Below are positions 48,276 through 58,556 of a stretch of 64,000 nucleotides of DNA, one piece after another. Below the pieces are notes generated by a model. That model saw only the letters and a list, made by a program, of their open reading frames with translations. It made no database searches and had not been told where the DNA came from. Source of the stretch: Epithemia pelagica (lineage: Eukaryota > Protista > Bacillariophyta); assembly GCA_946965045.2 (NCBI GenBank), contig OX337228.1:4588001-4652000 (forward strand), written 5' to 3'. Both the position numbers and the translations under genes were made by a program. Positions within the stretch are counted from its first letter, which is position 1. Each line of letters begins with the position of its first letter.

Positions 48276-49619
48276 ATGCTCCATGTTCTCACTTTGCTTT
48301 TGAGCAGCGTGCCACTGGGAGTTGTAAACGTGCATGGGTGGCCTCTGGGAAACGTCGCGTATCATTGCTGGTCCCCCCGGCTTATCCAGCAAAACCGATG
48401 TCGACTACTTCACTCGGGACTACATGGACGGGAAGGAATCGACCTCCCCAGGCCAAACGATACGGAGACATTGGTGTTCACGGATTTCTGGGGATCCACC
48501 GTTCGAACAACTCGATGGAGGTCGCCCCATCTACCGTCTGACCCGGCCATCGATCAAACAGGAACACTTCCTGCTGGAGCTTATGTATCTTCATCCAACA
48601 GTACAATGAATAAAGTATGTCGTGTTTCACTTGCCATCAGTTTAGGCAGACAGCGCACTGGCGGTGAAGACGTTGATCCAGACCAGATGGTTCAGACAAT
48701 GCAGAGCTTTGTAGAAGACGGACTGTCCTCTTTTCAGCTTGAGGCAGTGTCATCTCCTCAACATGTCGTTGCTTGGAAAGAGGAGCAATTGTACAGACGC
48801 TTTCTGCAGGAGTCTCCTGGAACAATCCGGCGTCAGGCACATCTAACTGTACCGCTTCAGCTTCCGTATGGTCCGGATGCTGTCGTAAACCGTCAAACGA
48901 TTCGAGCAAAACTCTCTGGGTCACTCCTTCGAATGGGCTCCCCCGAAACACTTGACTGTGTCCTTTTGGACCCCGGACCATACAAATTATCGGACGATTA
49001 CGTCATGGATACCATGGATATTCTTGAAGATTTGAAACGAGAAGGTCTTCTTTTGGCCGTAACTGGGAGAAATCTCTCTCCGTTCGTACTCCGTTCCTTA
49101 TCCGATTATGGAGTCTCAGTTCTACAGAGAAACCAGAGGGATATGAATGCAGCAAACACATCAAATGTTGAATCGATTCTGTTCGAGCATCCCGGGACTC
49201 TGCCCTTACAAGCTACAGCCCCGCTGTTTGGCGGTTTGTTGACCGATAGATTTATCGATAGGGAATTCATTCCTCTTTCCAACGAGCTTTCTATCAATGC
49301 ACAACGGTACATGAGAGAAAGATTTCCAACAACAAAAGCAAATTCAGCTGTGGAGTGGAGGAAATTCCAAAAACGAGAGTTGGCAACATTACGAGACATT
49401 GCTCGTAAGCATGGAGTTTCAACCGCAACAGTTGCGGTCCGATCCTTGCTCCAGAATGAACAAATCGATAGTGTGGCGGTGTGCACCAAATTAAGCGGAG
49501 TGGACAGCGCCGGTTCTAGAAGAGAGTCAAGAAAGCAGCAGTTCCGTGATGTGTTCAGATTTGAGTTAGAGGAAGACGACATGGAACGTCTATGGAAATA
49601 TTCGGCTTGGGTCCTGTGA
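48276..49619 (+). CDS. Aldo/keto reductase-like protein, probably plastid-targeted
   Basis: Signal peptide ending VHG-W; PLFGGLLTDRF, LRDIARKHGVSTATVAVRSLL. Confidence 0.75.
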   Translation: MLHVLTLLLSSVPLGVVNVHGWPLGNVAYHCWSPRLIQQNRCRLLHSGLHGREGIDLPRPNDTETLVFTDFWGSTVRTTRWRSPHLPSDPAIDQTGTLPAGAYVSSSNSTMNKVCRVSLAISLGRQRTGGEDVDPDQMVQTMQSFVEDGLSSFQLEAVSSPQHVVAWKEEQLYRRFLQESPGTIRRQAHLTVPLQLPYGPDAVVNRQTIRAKLSGSLLRMGSPETLDCVLLDPGPYKLSDDYVMDTMDILEDLKREGLLLAVTGRNLSPFVLRSLSDYGVSVLQRNQRDMNAANTSNVESILFEHPGTLPLQATAPLFGGLLTDRFIDREFIPLSNELSINAQRYMRERFPTTKANSAVEWRKFQKRELATLRDIARKHGVSTATVAVRSLLQNEQIDSVAVCTKLSGVDSAGSRRESRKQQFRDVFRFELEEDDMERLWKYSAWVL

Positions 49620-49778
49620 ATCAAGTAGGCACGAGAAAATCACCGTCACGTGCTTTCCAAAAGGGAACGGAAACAAGATTATTTGTTTTAGTGAAACAGC
49701 AGCTAGCCTCTTGTCGTACTTCCGTGTCGAGCGAGATTAGGGGGGTCGACATTCACCGACAGCCACATCGTTAAGGTG

Positions 49779-50197
49779 TCACCTCGAACTTTCTGTTCGC
49801 AGATTGTATTTCGTTTTAAGCTCAGACGCCTCTTTTTGCAAGCTACCAATATGTTCTTGCAGTGTGTTGATAGACTGGGTTAGCTGTAGCAAAAAAGCAT
49901 GAGTTCGATTTCAGAGGAAGCACAAATCACGGTTCGACGACAGCAGAATCGACATACATTTTCGTGGTTACTTGCAACTGATGGAAGTACTTCTTCCACA
50001 GTTCTTTCGACAAGGACTTCTCCAACCAATCGATATGCGCGGCGATTTGGATTAAGCGGCTTTAATGTTTCCTCCACAAGCTTATGTTCATTCCTATCCA
50101 TTTCCAGCTCCGCAACTTTTTGAACGAGTTTCTGTGATTCTTGGACAAGTTCGTTGTACTTGCGCACAGCATCCGACGGCGCAAGCTCTGTTCCCAT
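49779..50197 (-). CDS. PFDN2: Prefoldin subunit 2; 2 exons
   Basis: ELEMDRNEHKLVEETL, YRLVGEVLVERTVEEVLP; second exon LTQSINTLQE..KYNL. Confidence 0.9.
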
Positions 50198-50801
50198 GGT
50201 GTCCACGCTTCACCTCTGCAAAACTGTTTGTTGTTGAACGGGAATCAGGCCAATCCTTTAGCTCAACAAAACCAATCCGTGCGGGGCCGGGCCGGATTTG
50301 GTTTTGGAAATTGTGCCTAACGCCGTCCTTACGCATTCGCAAAACAAATCCAAAAGACCGCGCCTTTTCGAATCCTGTCCCCCATCCTCCCCCACCCTTC
50401 ACTTAGAAAAATTGAATACTAAAACTTTTGGGTACTAAGGAAGCGCAAGGATACCGTTGAAGTCGAACGCCCGTCCATCATGTGTCACGCCCGCCCACCA
50501 TGTCGAACGCCCGCCTGACATATTCGAAACTGTAGGCAGCCTCTACACTAGCAAAAGTAAAACACTATCCCTAATGAATTTCCTGGATTTGTTCGAACAA
50601 ATCCAGAGTTCTGGATTGGCTGGAACAAATCCGGAAATGCTCTTTTACCCGGATATATGACGTCAACGAGACGCAAAATGCTGACGTGCACGAAATTTTG
50701 ATTTGGTTTTGCGAGCTAAAGGATTGGCCTCAGGGACACCCAGGATTTTTGTGGTGATCCACAGTTTTCTGTCTTGTCCGACATCCTACCAATGGTAACT
50801 T

Positions 50802-52162
50802 CCCTCGGTATCAGTGTCCACTGCTTAGCTGTTTTTTGTCTGTGCCATCATTTTAGGTTCCCAGGTGGACACAGACATCATTTTTTTCTTTTGAGACGAA
50901 TAGAAATGATCAAATGGCAAATTGGCACGCATACCCAGCTGGAGTTTTCACAGTTTGAAACAGACGCATGCCCAGCAAGCGGCCGTGCGTGGATAACTGC
51001 TGGTTGCTCCATAATTCATAATGACAAGCACACAATTCTTTTCTCTTGTTGCCGAAGCACATCGTACAAATGGCATTCCAGGTGAGTGTGATCCGTTGCC
51101 AATTGCCATGACAATTACATAGCTCATGCTCACTGATCACTGACACTTGTCACTTTTGTTTGCTCTGCTCATGGGAAGAGAGGCGATCATCTGTTGTGTC
51201 TCTGGGTAGCTCATTACGTGCCATTCTACATGTCGAAATGACGGATTTTTGATAACTTTCATTCGATTCATAAACAGACTTCAGACATTGTTTTCTTTAT
51301 ATACTAGGAGTAGAAATAGAACTCAAGTGCTATTCATTCGTAGAGTTCAGTGCATTCTGAATAATTTGTTGCAGATCTCTTTTCTGTTTTGAGCATGGCA
51401 ATGACTCTCAGTTTCACCATGAACACAAGCAGCTCTCACACGCTACAGCTACAACTTTTGACTCTATGAACTGATAGACATGGAAAGTAGGGTGTGGCAA
51501 GAGCAAGAGGGCTTCCCATCTATTTGAAGCAAAAACAACAAAGTGTTCGGTCATTGAGAAATGAGATGATGCTACGACCTATGACGATAGTGAATCATCT
51601 ATCCTACAGAAGACATGAAAGCAACCAACCAACAATCAAACAACAAAACAATTACTCCTACATCAACAAATGAGACGGGTAAGATACTCCAGTTGACATC
51701 AAGCGGCTTGTTCCTAGTCTACTCCTTCAACAAGAGACAAGCCAAAGGATCATGCATGAACAAGAGGAAAGATTGCAGCAGTGATGAGTGAGAAGAAAGA
51801 AAAAGAAACAAGAAGATTAGAAATAAGCCACAGTAGTGAGAAGTGAGAAGCAGTTCAGGTTCAGCCCAGCATGTTGCATCCATTGTTCTCACCTCATGTC
51901 ATGGTCAAGCATTTGGCTCGGTTTTTGGTGTTTTGTGACAGAGGAGGACGGGAGGGTTGCCCAAAAAATTTGAATCGTGGTGACCAGAGGACAACCACCA
52001 ACCGTCAACTATCACATGCACGCTGGCCTTGCTCCAACCCTGAGGAATTTTATTGGGTAGATAGACAGACGAAAAACATAAAATGCTGGCTGTGTCCACT
52101 TGGGAACCTATGAAGGTGGCACAGACAAAAAACAGCTAAGCAGTGGACACTGATACCGAGGG
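50802..52162. mobile_element. Nested 1361-bp non-autonomous TIR element in the left arm
   Basis: Ends CCCTCGGTATCAGTGTCCAC.../...GTGGACACTGATACCGAGGG, 46 bp perfect and ~82 bp total; absent from the right arm. Confidence 0.85.
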
Positions 52163-52348
52163 ATGATGAACGCCGTCCGATACCAAATATTTCTTAACAC
52201 GACTTGAATCATCCGTTGGATGTTGCCAATCGACTTTGACCGTTACTTACACGTTAAATCAAGATATCCTACAGTTTTTTACATCTATATAGTGTATAAA
52301 TTAGTGTAGAATAATTTCCATTATAGAGTAGAAGTACACTAATATAAT

Positions 52349-52658
52349 GTGTGGATGTTTGTGGACGTTTGTGGATCCACACACATCCACACGCATCCAC
52401 AGACATCCACACACATCCACAGACATCCACTGTGGATTTTTGTGGATATTTGTGGATCCACATTTATCCACAAATATCCACATTTATCCACGTGGACGTT
52501 TGTGGATCCACATTCATCGACGTGGACGTTTGTGGATCCACAAACGTCCACGTGGATCCACATGTGGATTTTTGTGGATTTATGTGGATTTATGTGGATT
52601 TTTGTGGTCCACAAATATCCACAAAAATCCACATTCATCCACAATCATCCACACAAGA
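52349..52658. repeat. GTGGAT/ATCCAC (GTGGATCCAC) subterminal array, left arm
   Basis: Dozens of GTGGA(T/C) and (A/G)TCCAC units; mirrored at 59247-59404 and 60112-60263. Confidence 0.92.
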
Positions 52659-52691
52659 CTCGCCGAAGTAGAACTCAGAACTCGCACCACC

Positions 52692-53441
52692 ATGAGCAAG
52701 AAGACCACCGAGACCGAGACGGAGGCAGAAAGTGGGTGGGTCAATTGGCGAAATTGTCCGGCACGGGAGGTCCTCCTTCAGGACCTGGAGCCAGGGGGTC
52801 TGCTTCACGACATGGACCATGTCGGAGCAGACGTCCTGTTCCATTTCTACAAATTAATGCCGCAATTCAACGACGTCGGGTTTGACCAGTTCAAGGCCAG
52901 ACTTGCTGACCATCGGAAGCAGTCTTGGAAGAAGCACGAACTAGCATCGAGGGATGAAGATGCTTGTGCTCACGATCGGCGGTTGTTTCCGCCGGAATAT
53001 CGTGATTCAAGGGGCAAGCTCAAGTTTGATTTGCACCCTGCCAAGGCCCTCCTTCGGAAAGACGTCACCGAGAAGGTGCATCTGGGAATGAAGCCGTCGG
53101 AACTACGCAAGACGAGGATGGAGTACCAGGAGTTCGACGCAAAAACGTTCAAGGATCGAATTTATCAAGAAGTTCGACGCCAAAAGTACCTGAACCACTT
53201 GGCAATTGAGCGCGAAAACAAGAAAGCAGCAAAGAAACAATCAAACAATACACCGATGCTGGGAAAGGCTCACTTTCACCAATACCTCCGGATGTTGGGG
53301 ATAGATGACAAGGCACCACCAAAAATGGATGTGGACGAACCACCGCAAAGCAAAAAAGGAAAACGCCGTGATCCACACAAAACACGCAAGAAACGAGTGC
53401 CCAACCCTGATGACGACAAGAAAAAGAAAAAGAAGAAGTAG
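52692..53441 (+). CDS. Transposon partner ORF (249 aa), tandem duplicated helical domain plus basic tail
   Basis: Internal repeat W.NCPAREVLLQDL..FKARL / FDLHPAKALLRKDV..FKDRI; convergent with the transposase. Confidence 0.8.
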   Translation: MSKKTTETETEAESGWVNWRNCPAREVLLQDLEPGGLLHDMDHVGADVLFHFYKLMPQFNDVGFDQFKARLADHRKQSWKKHELASRDEDACAHDRRLFPPEYRDSRGKLKFDLHPAKALLRKDVTEKVHLGMKPSELRKTRMEYQEFDAKTFKDRIYQEVRRQKYLNHLAIERENKKAAKKQSNNTPMLGKAHFHQYLRMLGIDDKAPPKMDVDEPPQSKKGKRRDPHKTRKKRVPNPDDDKKKKKKK

Positions 53442-53501
53442 CTAAATACGATAGTAGGCACATTGTATACGAATCCACTCCTCTAGAGTAGTACTACTAA
53501 T

Positions 53502-54404
53502 TTAAGGCTCAAATAGAACCAGCGTTCCACAGTCGAGTCCGTATTGGACTGTCACTGCAACGGCACGGAATGCGAGTCCATGCTTGTCGTCTGAGTGCCT
53601 CCATGTTTGGTTCATGGAGGCATAGAACGACATCTTGCCATTGAAGCTTTCATGGCGAAGACGGATGCGACTCTTCATGTTGTTGGCCTGTTTCGTGTCG
53701 TGATGGTTCGGCCAGGCAACCTTCTCCTTAAAATCGTTCTTGATGTAGCCGCGATCGCACACGGCAAGCTTCCCCTTCGGAAGCATCGCGAGCACACCCG
53801 ATCTTGAGAGCATCTCCTTGTCGCCCATCCCTCCGCGCACCGGCCCGTAGATGTGCACGCATTGCATACGCTGGGCTGCAAGTACAATCTGGTACTTGAG
53901 TCCCCCATGCGCATGCTTCTGCGTATAGTTCTTGCGGTCGAACGGAAGAAACTCGGTCTGATGCTTCCGTTCCCACGTCTTTTTGTCAACGCCATCGACT
54001 GAGATGGCAACCTTTTCCGTTGTAGGACAGTTGAGGGAAGCTGGCCAGTAGATGACCTTGCTTTCAAGACTCGCAAGGTGCGCAATCCAGTCCCAGAGGC
54101 GCTTGCCCTGGGCATATTCCGGACACATATCAAACTTATCACCTAGCTGTGTCGCATTGCGTGGGTAGTTCCATAGAAAGTAGTGGGCCACTAGGAACAT
54201 CTTAAGGCCACGACGGACTTCTTTGCTTGTTAGAGTCCCGTGGCTTAAGTCAAACCACTGAGATGCCATGACCAACGGATCAGCCCCATAGTGGGCTTTA
54301 AACTTTTCAATGCGTTTGGCCGAGTTGGACCTCTTTGAGTCAAGCTTGAGCAGACTCAGCCCATACTCCAGCACAAAGCTGGGATCCAAGAGTTCGGGCG
54401 CCAT
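53502..54404 (-). CDS. DDE transposase, PIF/Harbinger/IS5-like (DDE_Tnp_4-type)
   Basis: ISVDGVD, KHAHGGLKYQI, GP..G..D..ML, CDRGY, RHESFNG; intact 300-aa ORF. Confidence 0.85.
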   Translation of the reverse strand: MAPELLDPSFVLEYGLSLLKLDSKRSNSAKRIEKFKAHYGADPLVMASQWFDLSHGTLTSKEVRRGLKMFLVAHYFLWNYPRNATQLGDKFDMCPEYAQGKRLWDWIAHLASLESKVIYWPASLNCPTTEKVAISVDGVDKKTWERKHQTEFLPFDRKNYTQKHAHGGLKYQIVLAAQRMQCVHIYGPVRGGMGDKEMLSRSGVLAMLPKGKLAVCDRGYIKNDFKEKVAWPNHHDTKQANNMKSRIRLRHESFNGKMSFYASMNQTWRHSDDKHGLAFRAVAVTVQYGLDCGTLVLFEP

Positions 54405-54956
54405 CCTTTATGCGCCATAGTGGTCACGTTCACGCAACAACCAAACGAGCAGGGTGACCGGCACTCGTGAAGGGCAGAGGAAAAAAGGTCACGAGTAGGT
54501 GGAGACAATCAACAATCAACACATGAAGGTGTCAGACTCACGGGGGAGAGCAACTACAAACTCGTAGAGTGAAACGAATACATAAACAAAAGAATCTTCT
54601 TTATCATTGGCGCTTAAACAACAATCAAACAAAGTCGGTTTCCAAGATTGGTCTGGCGGCTTCGCAATTCGTGTCAAGGAAGTGCATTGTTGTGTTTTTG
54701 TCCCTCGTCCACGGTTGCATAAGATTTCTAAGATGGACGACCACGGCATAAAAATACATCTTCCACCAAGTGAAACCGAGAACGGGAAGAAGGAGGACGA
54801 GCTCCGAGCAATACACCCCGTCAAGAGGTTGACCTTGCAAGCCTCTGCAACAGGAAACCGGGAATCTACGGCCAACCGGCATCTCGGACGAGGCGACAAC
54901 TGCAATACTGGTGGCAGGCCGCGAAGAGACGTCCCATCCAATCTTATATTGGATTC

Positions 54957-56321
54957 TTGGCCTCGTACGGCGTTATCCGTGGGAAGGCAACCGAGTCGGA
55001 ACTTGCCTTGGAACTTCTTCAAGGTGAGCAAGAAATCATCCGGGCGACGAGGCGGGCCGAACAGCAACAGCAACAGGAACCACAGGAACCACACGAACAG
55101 GAAGAACAAGAACCACAGGAACAGACTGCTGTGAAGACCAAGCAGACAAGCAACAAGAAGAAGAAGAAGAAGAAGAAGAAGAAGAAGCACAAGAAAACCA
55201 TGGGCAAGGACGACGACACAACCACCATCACCGCTTCCACGAGCACAAGGAAAGCCGACGAGGACGACTACGACTACTCCTCAGATGAAGAGAGTAGCAG
55301 CAGCAGCAGCAGCAGCAGTGATTCCTCCTCCGATGACTCCTCGGCCTCGTCGTCTCGAAAGAAGAAGAAGAAGAAGAAGAAGAAGTCAAAGCGATCGAAG
55401 AAACATCGCAAGAAGAAGTCGAAGAGCAAGTCGCGGAAGAAGCTCTCTTCAAAGCCGAGAAAGGCTGAGAGGATGGAGCCTCCCGACACCGTCGAAACAG
55501 AGAAGGCCTTCGTCATCCCTCCCTCAGCCGCTGCCTCTCCTGCCATTCCGGAAGGGATGCTCTCCCCTGTCCCTGGGCCGAACAACGCTGTCCATACTCC
55601 CCACCAGAAATCTGCCCTCAAGAACCGACAGGCAACTCCCGGCCAGCAGCAGCATGTCTTCGGCGAGGTATCGGCCTTGAATGTGGACAACTACGACTAC
55701 GTGCCGTGTGCCACCGACTACCAGGATGGAACCTTGGAAGCACCTTGGATCATTATTGTGTGTGAAGATTTTCCTGAGCGCCACCGAGGCTTCGACGTGC
55801 AGAAGGTGTCGCAAATTGTCCACCAAAACTGGCAAAGTGAAGGATATCACGTCCGTTGCCATGTGGCGACTCCTGATGTTTTTTTGTGGTCCGCAACCGT
55901 CCCTAAAGAAATTGGCGCCGGTCGCGTTATTCGGGTCAAACAGCCCTCCCAAGATTATTGGCTGCGAGACATCCAGGTGTACCATCATGGGCAGAAGGAA
56001 ACAAGCGCACGTGTAAATTGTAAGTCAACGGAAACTGCGCACAAGGTGACCCAGACCGCGATCACGGCGAACAAGGAGGCACGCTTCTGGGCCTACACTG
56101 ATATCGTTTTCCCCCAGCGACTGGACAACCAGATTTTCTCGGGTAATGAAACCAAGATTACGATGCGCCACATTCCAGTGAAGATTCCTCCCGGTCACGC
56201 AGACAACAAGTACAAAAAAGACCTCACAAGCACTGTTATCTTCTGGCGCATCGCGATCAAGGGCCTGGGCGACGAAATCCAAGGCACAGAAAGCCATGAA
56301 GATGCCCATGCCTATGACTGA
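54957..56321 (+). CDS. Cargo hypothetical protein with poly-K/poly-S low-complexity N-terminus and globular C-terminus (start uncertain)
   Basis: Long ORF inside the element; no recognised family. Confidence 0.65.
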   Translation: MASYGVIRGKATESELALELLQGEQEIIRATRRAEQQQQQEPQEPHEQEEQEPQEQTAVKTKQTSNKKKKKKKKKKKHKKTMGKDDDTTTITASTSTRKADEDDYDYSSDEESSSSSSSSSDSSSDDSSASSSRKKKKKKKKKSKRSKKHRKKKSKSKSRKKLSSKPRKAERMEPPDTVETEKAFVIPPSAAASPAIPEGMLSPVPGPNNAVHTPHQKSALKNRQATPGQQQHVFGEVSALNVDNYDYVPCATDYQDGTLEAPWIIIVCEDFPERHRGFDVQKVSQIVHQNWQSEGYHVRCHVATPDVFLWSATVPKEIGAGRVIRVKQPSQDYWLRDIQVYHHGQKETSARVNCKSTETAHKVTQTAITANKEARFWAYTDIVFPQRLDNQIFSGNETKITMRHIPVKIPPGHADNKYKKDLTSTVIFWRIAIKGLGDEIQGTESHEDAHAYD

Positions 56322-56409
56322 GATATGCACGACAACAACATGAGAGTTCTACATGACAACATACGTATTTAGGATTAGCGACTAGTGGTGATAAAAAAGA
56401 TCTAAGAAA

Positions 56410-56934
56410 TTATTCGTTCATGTTACTATTACCGTCGTCGTTGCTGCGCTTCTTCTTCTTCTTGAGCTTGTACTTCCTGAAGTACACCTGGTCTTCGTTG
56501 TTGTGTTTCTCGATGGCCAGATCGATGTAGGTCATCATCATCCTGGCCAGATTTTCTCCTCCCTCACCAGTGGTCGTGATTTCTTCAAACTCGGCCAATT
56601 TGGCCGCCAAAGACTTCATGAGGAGGTGCACGTCGGCGTTGTTCTTGAACACGCCCTCCTCGTAGCTCTCGGCAGGCCCCTCGAGCTGGGAAACGAGCAC
56701 GAAGCTCTCGTGCTTTACCCTCGTACCCTTCAGCTTACCCTTGTCATCCTTGAGGATGACGTAGGTATAGCACTGCGTCGGCTGCTTGTCGTTGTTAAGC
56801 CAGCCCTTCTTCTTCTTGTAGACTCCACTGATGAACTTGATTTGCTCACCCCTCTTGTCCTTGAGGTCTTTGTCGCTTGCCATGGTCGTTTCTTCTTCTG
56901 TATCCTCCTCTTTTTTCTTCTTCTCGAAGCTCAA
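56410..56934 (-). CDS. Cargo hypothetical basic protein with KOW/SH3-like N-terminal motif
   Basis: GEQIKFISGVYKKKKGWL resembles KOW; K-rich tail. Confidence 0.6.
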   Translation of the reverse strand: MSFEKKKKEEDTEEETTMASDKDLKDKRGEQIKFISGVYKKKKGWLNNDKQPTQCYTYVILKDDKGKLKGTRVKHESFVLVSQLEGPAESYEEGVFKNNADVHLLMKSLAAKLAEFEEITTTGEGGENLARMMMTYIDLAIEKHNNEDQVYFRKYKLKKKKKRSNDDGNSNMNE

Positions 56935-57049
56935 CCTGCTTGTGATCGCCCCACGGCTATTGATTGATTGTTGTATTTTGTTCAGCGAGTTGTTGATGGT
57001 TTTGATCGCATTCTCTTCTTATCGCCACCCAGCGATGACAGGATAGCAT

Positions 57050-57340
57050 CGATTCCCTTGCGTGAGATGAGAGAATTCTTTCATTCTTGTGTGGATGTTT
57101 GTGGATGTTTGTGGATGTTTGTGGATGCACGCGTGCAATGTGGACGTTTGTGGATCCACAAAGCCCCACAAGCGTCCACAAACGTCCACGTGGACGTTTG
57201 TGGATCCACATTCATCCACTGTGGATGTTTGTGGACGCATGTGGATCCACAAACATCCACATTGCACGCGTGCATCCACAAACATCCACAAACATCCACA
57301 CAAGAATGAAAGAATTCTCTCATTACACGCAAGGGAATCG
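57050..57340. repeat. ~290-bp imperfect palindrome built from GTGGAT/ATCCAC units
   Basis: CGATTCCCTTGCGTG..GAGAATTCTTTCATTCTTGTGTGGATG at left mirrored by ..AAGGGAATCG at right; arms ~110 bp. Confidence 0.92.
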
Positions 57341-58556
57341 TCAGAGCACGAGGATCACAACAACAATCAAACAACGACAGAACAACGACCACCACCAATC
57401 TACATAGACAAGAACACGAAAGCTCCGCGGAACGAACCAAGTGTACCGTGAGGGAATGGACGGGCCGGGATGAGTTGGCTAGTTTCACAGACGTACGGCA
57501 AGTTTGGGAAGTCTTCCACTTTTTGGTTGGAACGAAGCAACAAGAGGATCAAGACTGGAGTCGAATGATGATGGAATAAACGAAGATTGCAGGCAGTGAC
57601 GACAATGGAAGATTCGACATGGATGGGTAAGGCATGGGAGGGCAACGACAAGGACACACGGCAACCAGACTGATTGTTTTGACCCAACAACGAAACCAAC
57701 CACAACAAGAAAGCAACAAACAACCACCTCCCAAACAACAAGAAGCAACATGAATGCAACAAGGTGATCTGATTGTCTCGGATCTGGCCTTCTCATCTTC
57801 TTGTCCTCCTACAACCGGTGTTGCGACATCTCCAAACGCAACAATCAACCTTCTTTCGACAACGAAACAATCCGCGGTCAACTCCTCGTTTCGCCCGAAC
57901 GAAGCAACAGCGACAACAACAACGGCAACAACAACAACACCATACTCAACAATCAATCGAAATCGTTGAGAAGGCAATAGTAGTGGCGATGGCGACAACC
58001 AGACGCGACAACGACAACATACGGCAACAACGACTAGCGGCAACAACGACAAGCAGCGACAACGACTGTCGCAGCAACGACAACGACGGCAAGCGACTAG
58101 CAGCGACAACCACAACCACAAGTGGCAACAACGACAGCGAGCGAAAACGACAACGACAGGACTCGGTGAGAACGACAACGAGCGAAAACGACAACCATAA
58201 CCACAACGAGCGACAACACAAGCGGCGACAATGACAACGAACGAAAACGAGCGACAACGACAGCAAGTGGTGACAACGAAAACAATACCACATCCAACAA
58301 TCCGCTCCTCCTTTCGGTCGAGCGAATTAATCCGTGACAATGACACTATCCGCAACAATCAAATCCTTCTCCTTCTTTCTCACGGCCTCGGTAGCAGCAC
58401 CATACTAAACAATCAGCTCCTCGTTACGCCCGAACGAAACAAAGGCAACAACACCACGACCATACTCAACTAGACGCAAACTATTCGGACGAGCATCATG
58501 CCAGCGACAACACTGCAAACAACATTCCTGTTGGACTTGAATGGATGTAACAACAA

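Noticed and set aside
52269-52885. Many short Cys/Val/Asp/His-rich ORFs (also at 56957-57488, 59234-59500, 60044-60343)
   Set aside because: Translation artefacts of the GTGGAT/ATCCAC arrays.
57050-57340. Independent MITE
   Set aside because: No TSD under any end placement tried, and it is built from the host element's own motif.
57549-58358. 269-aa Val/Cys/Arg-rich ORF and overlapping ORFs
   Set aside because: Produced by the (ACAACG)n low-complexity tract; no domain signal.
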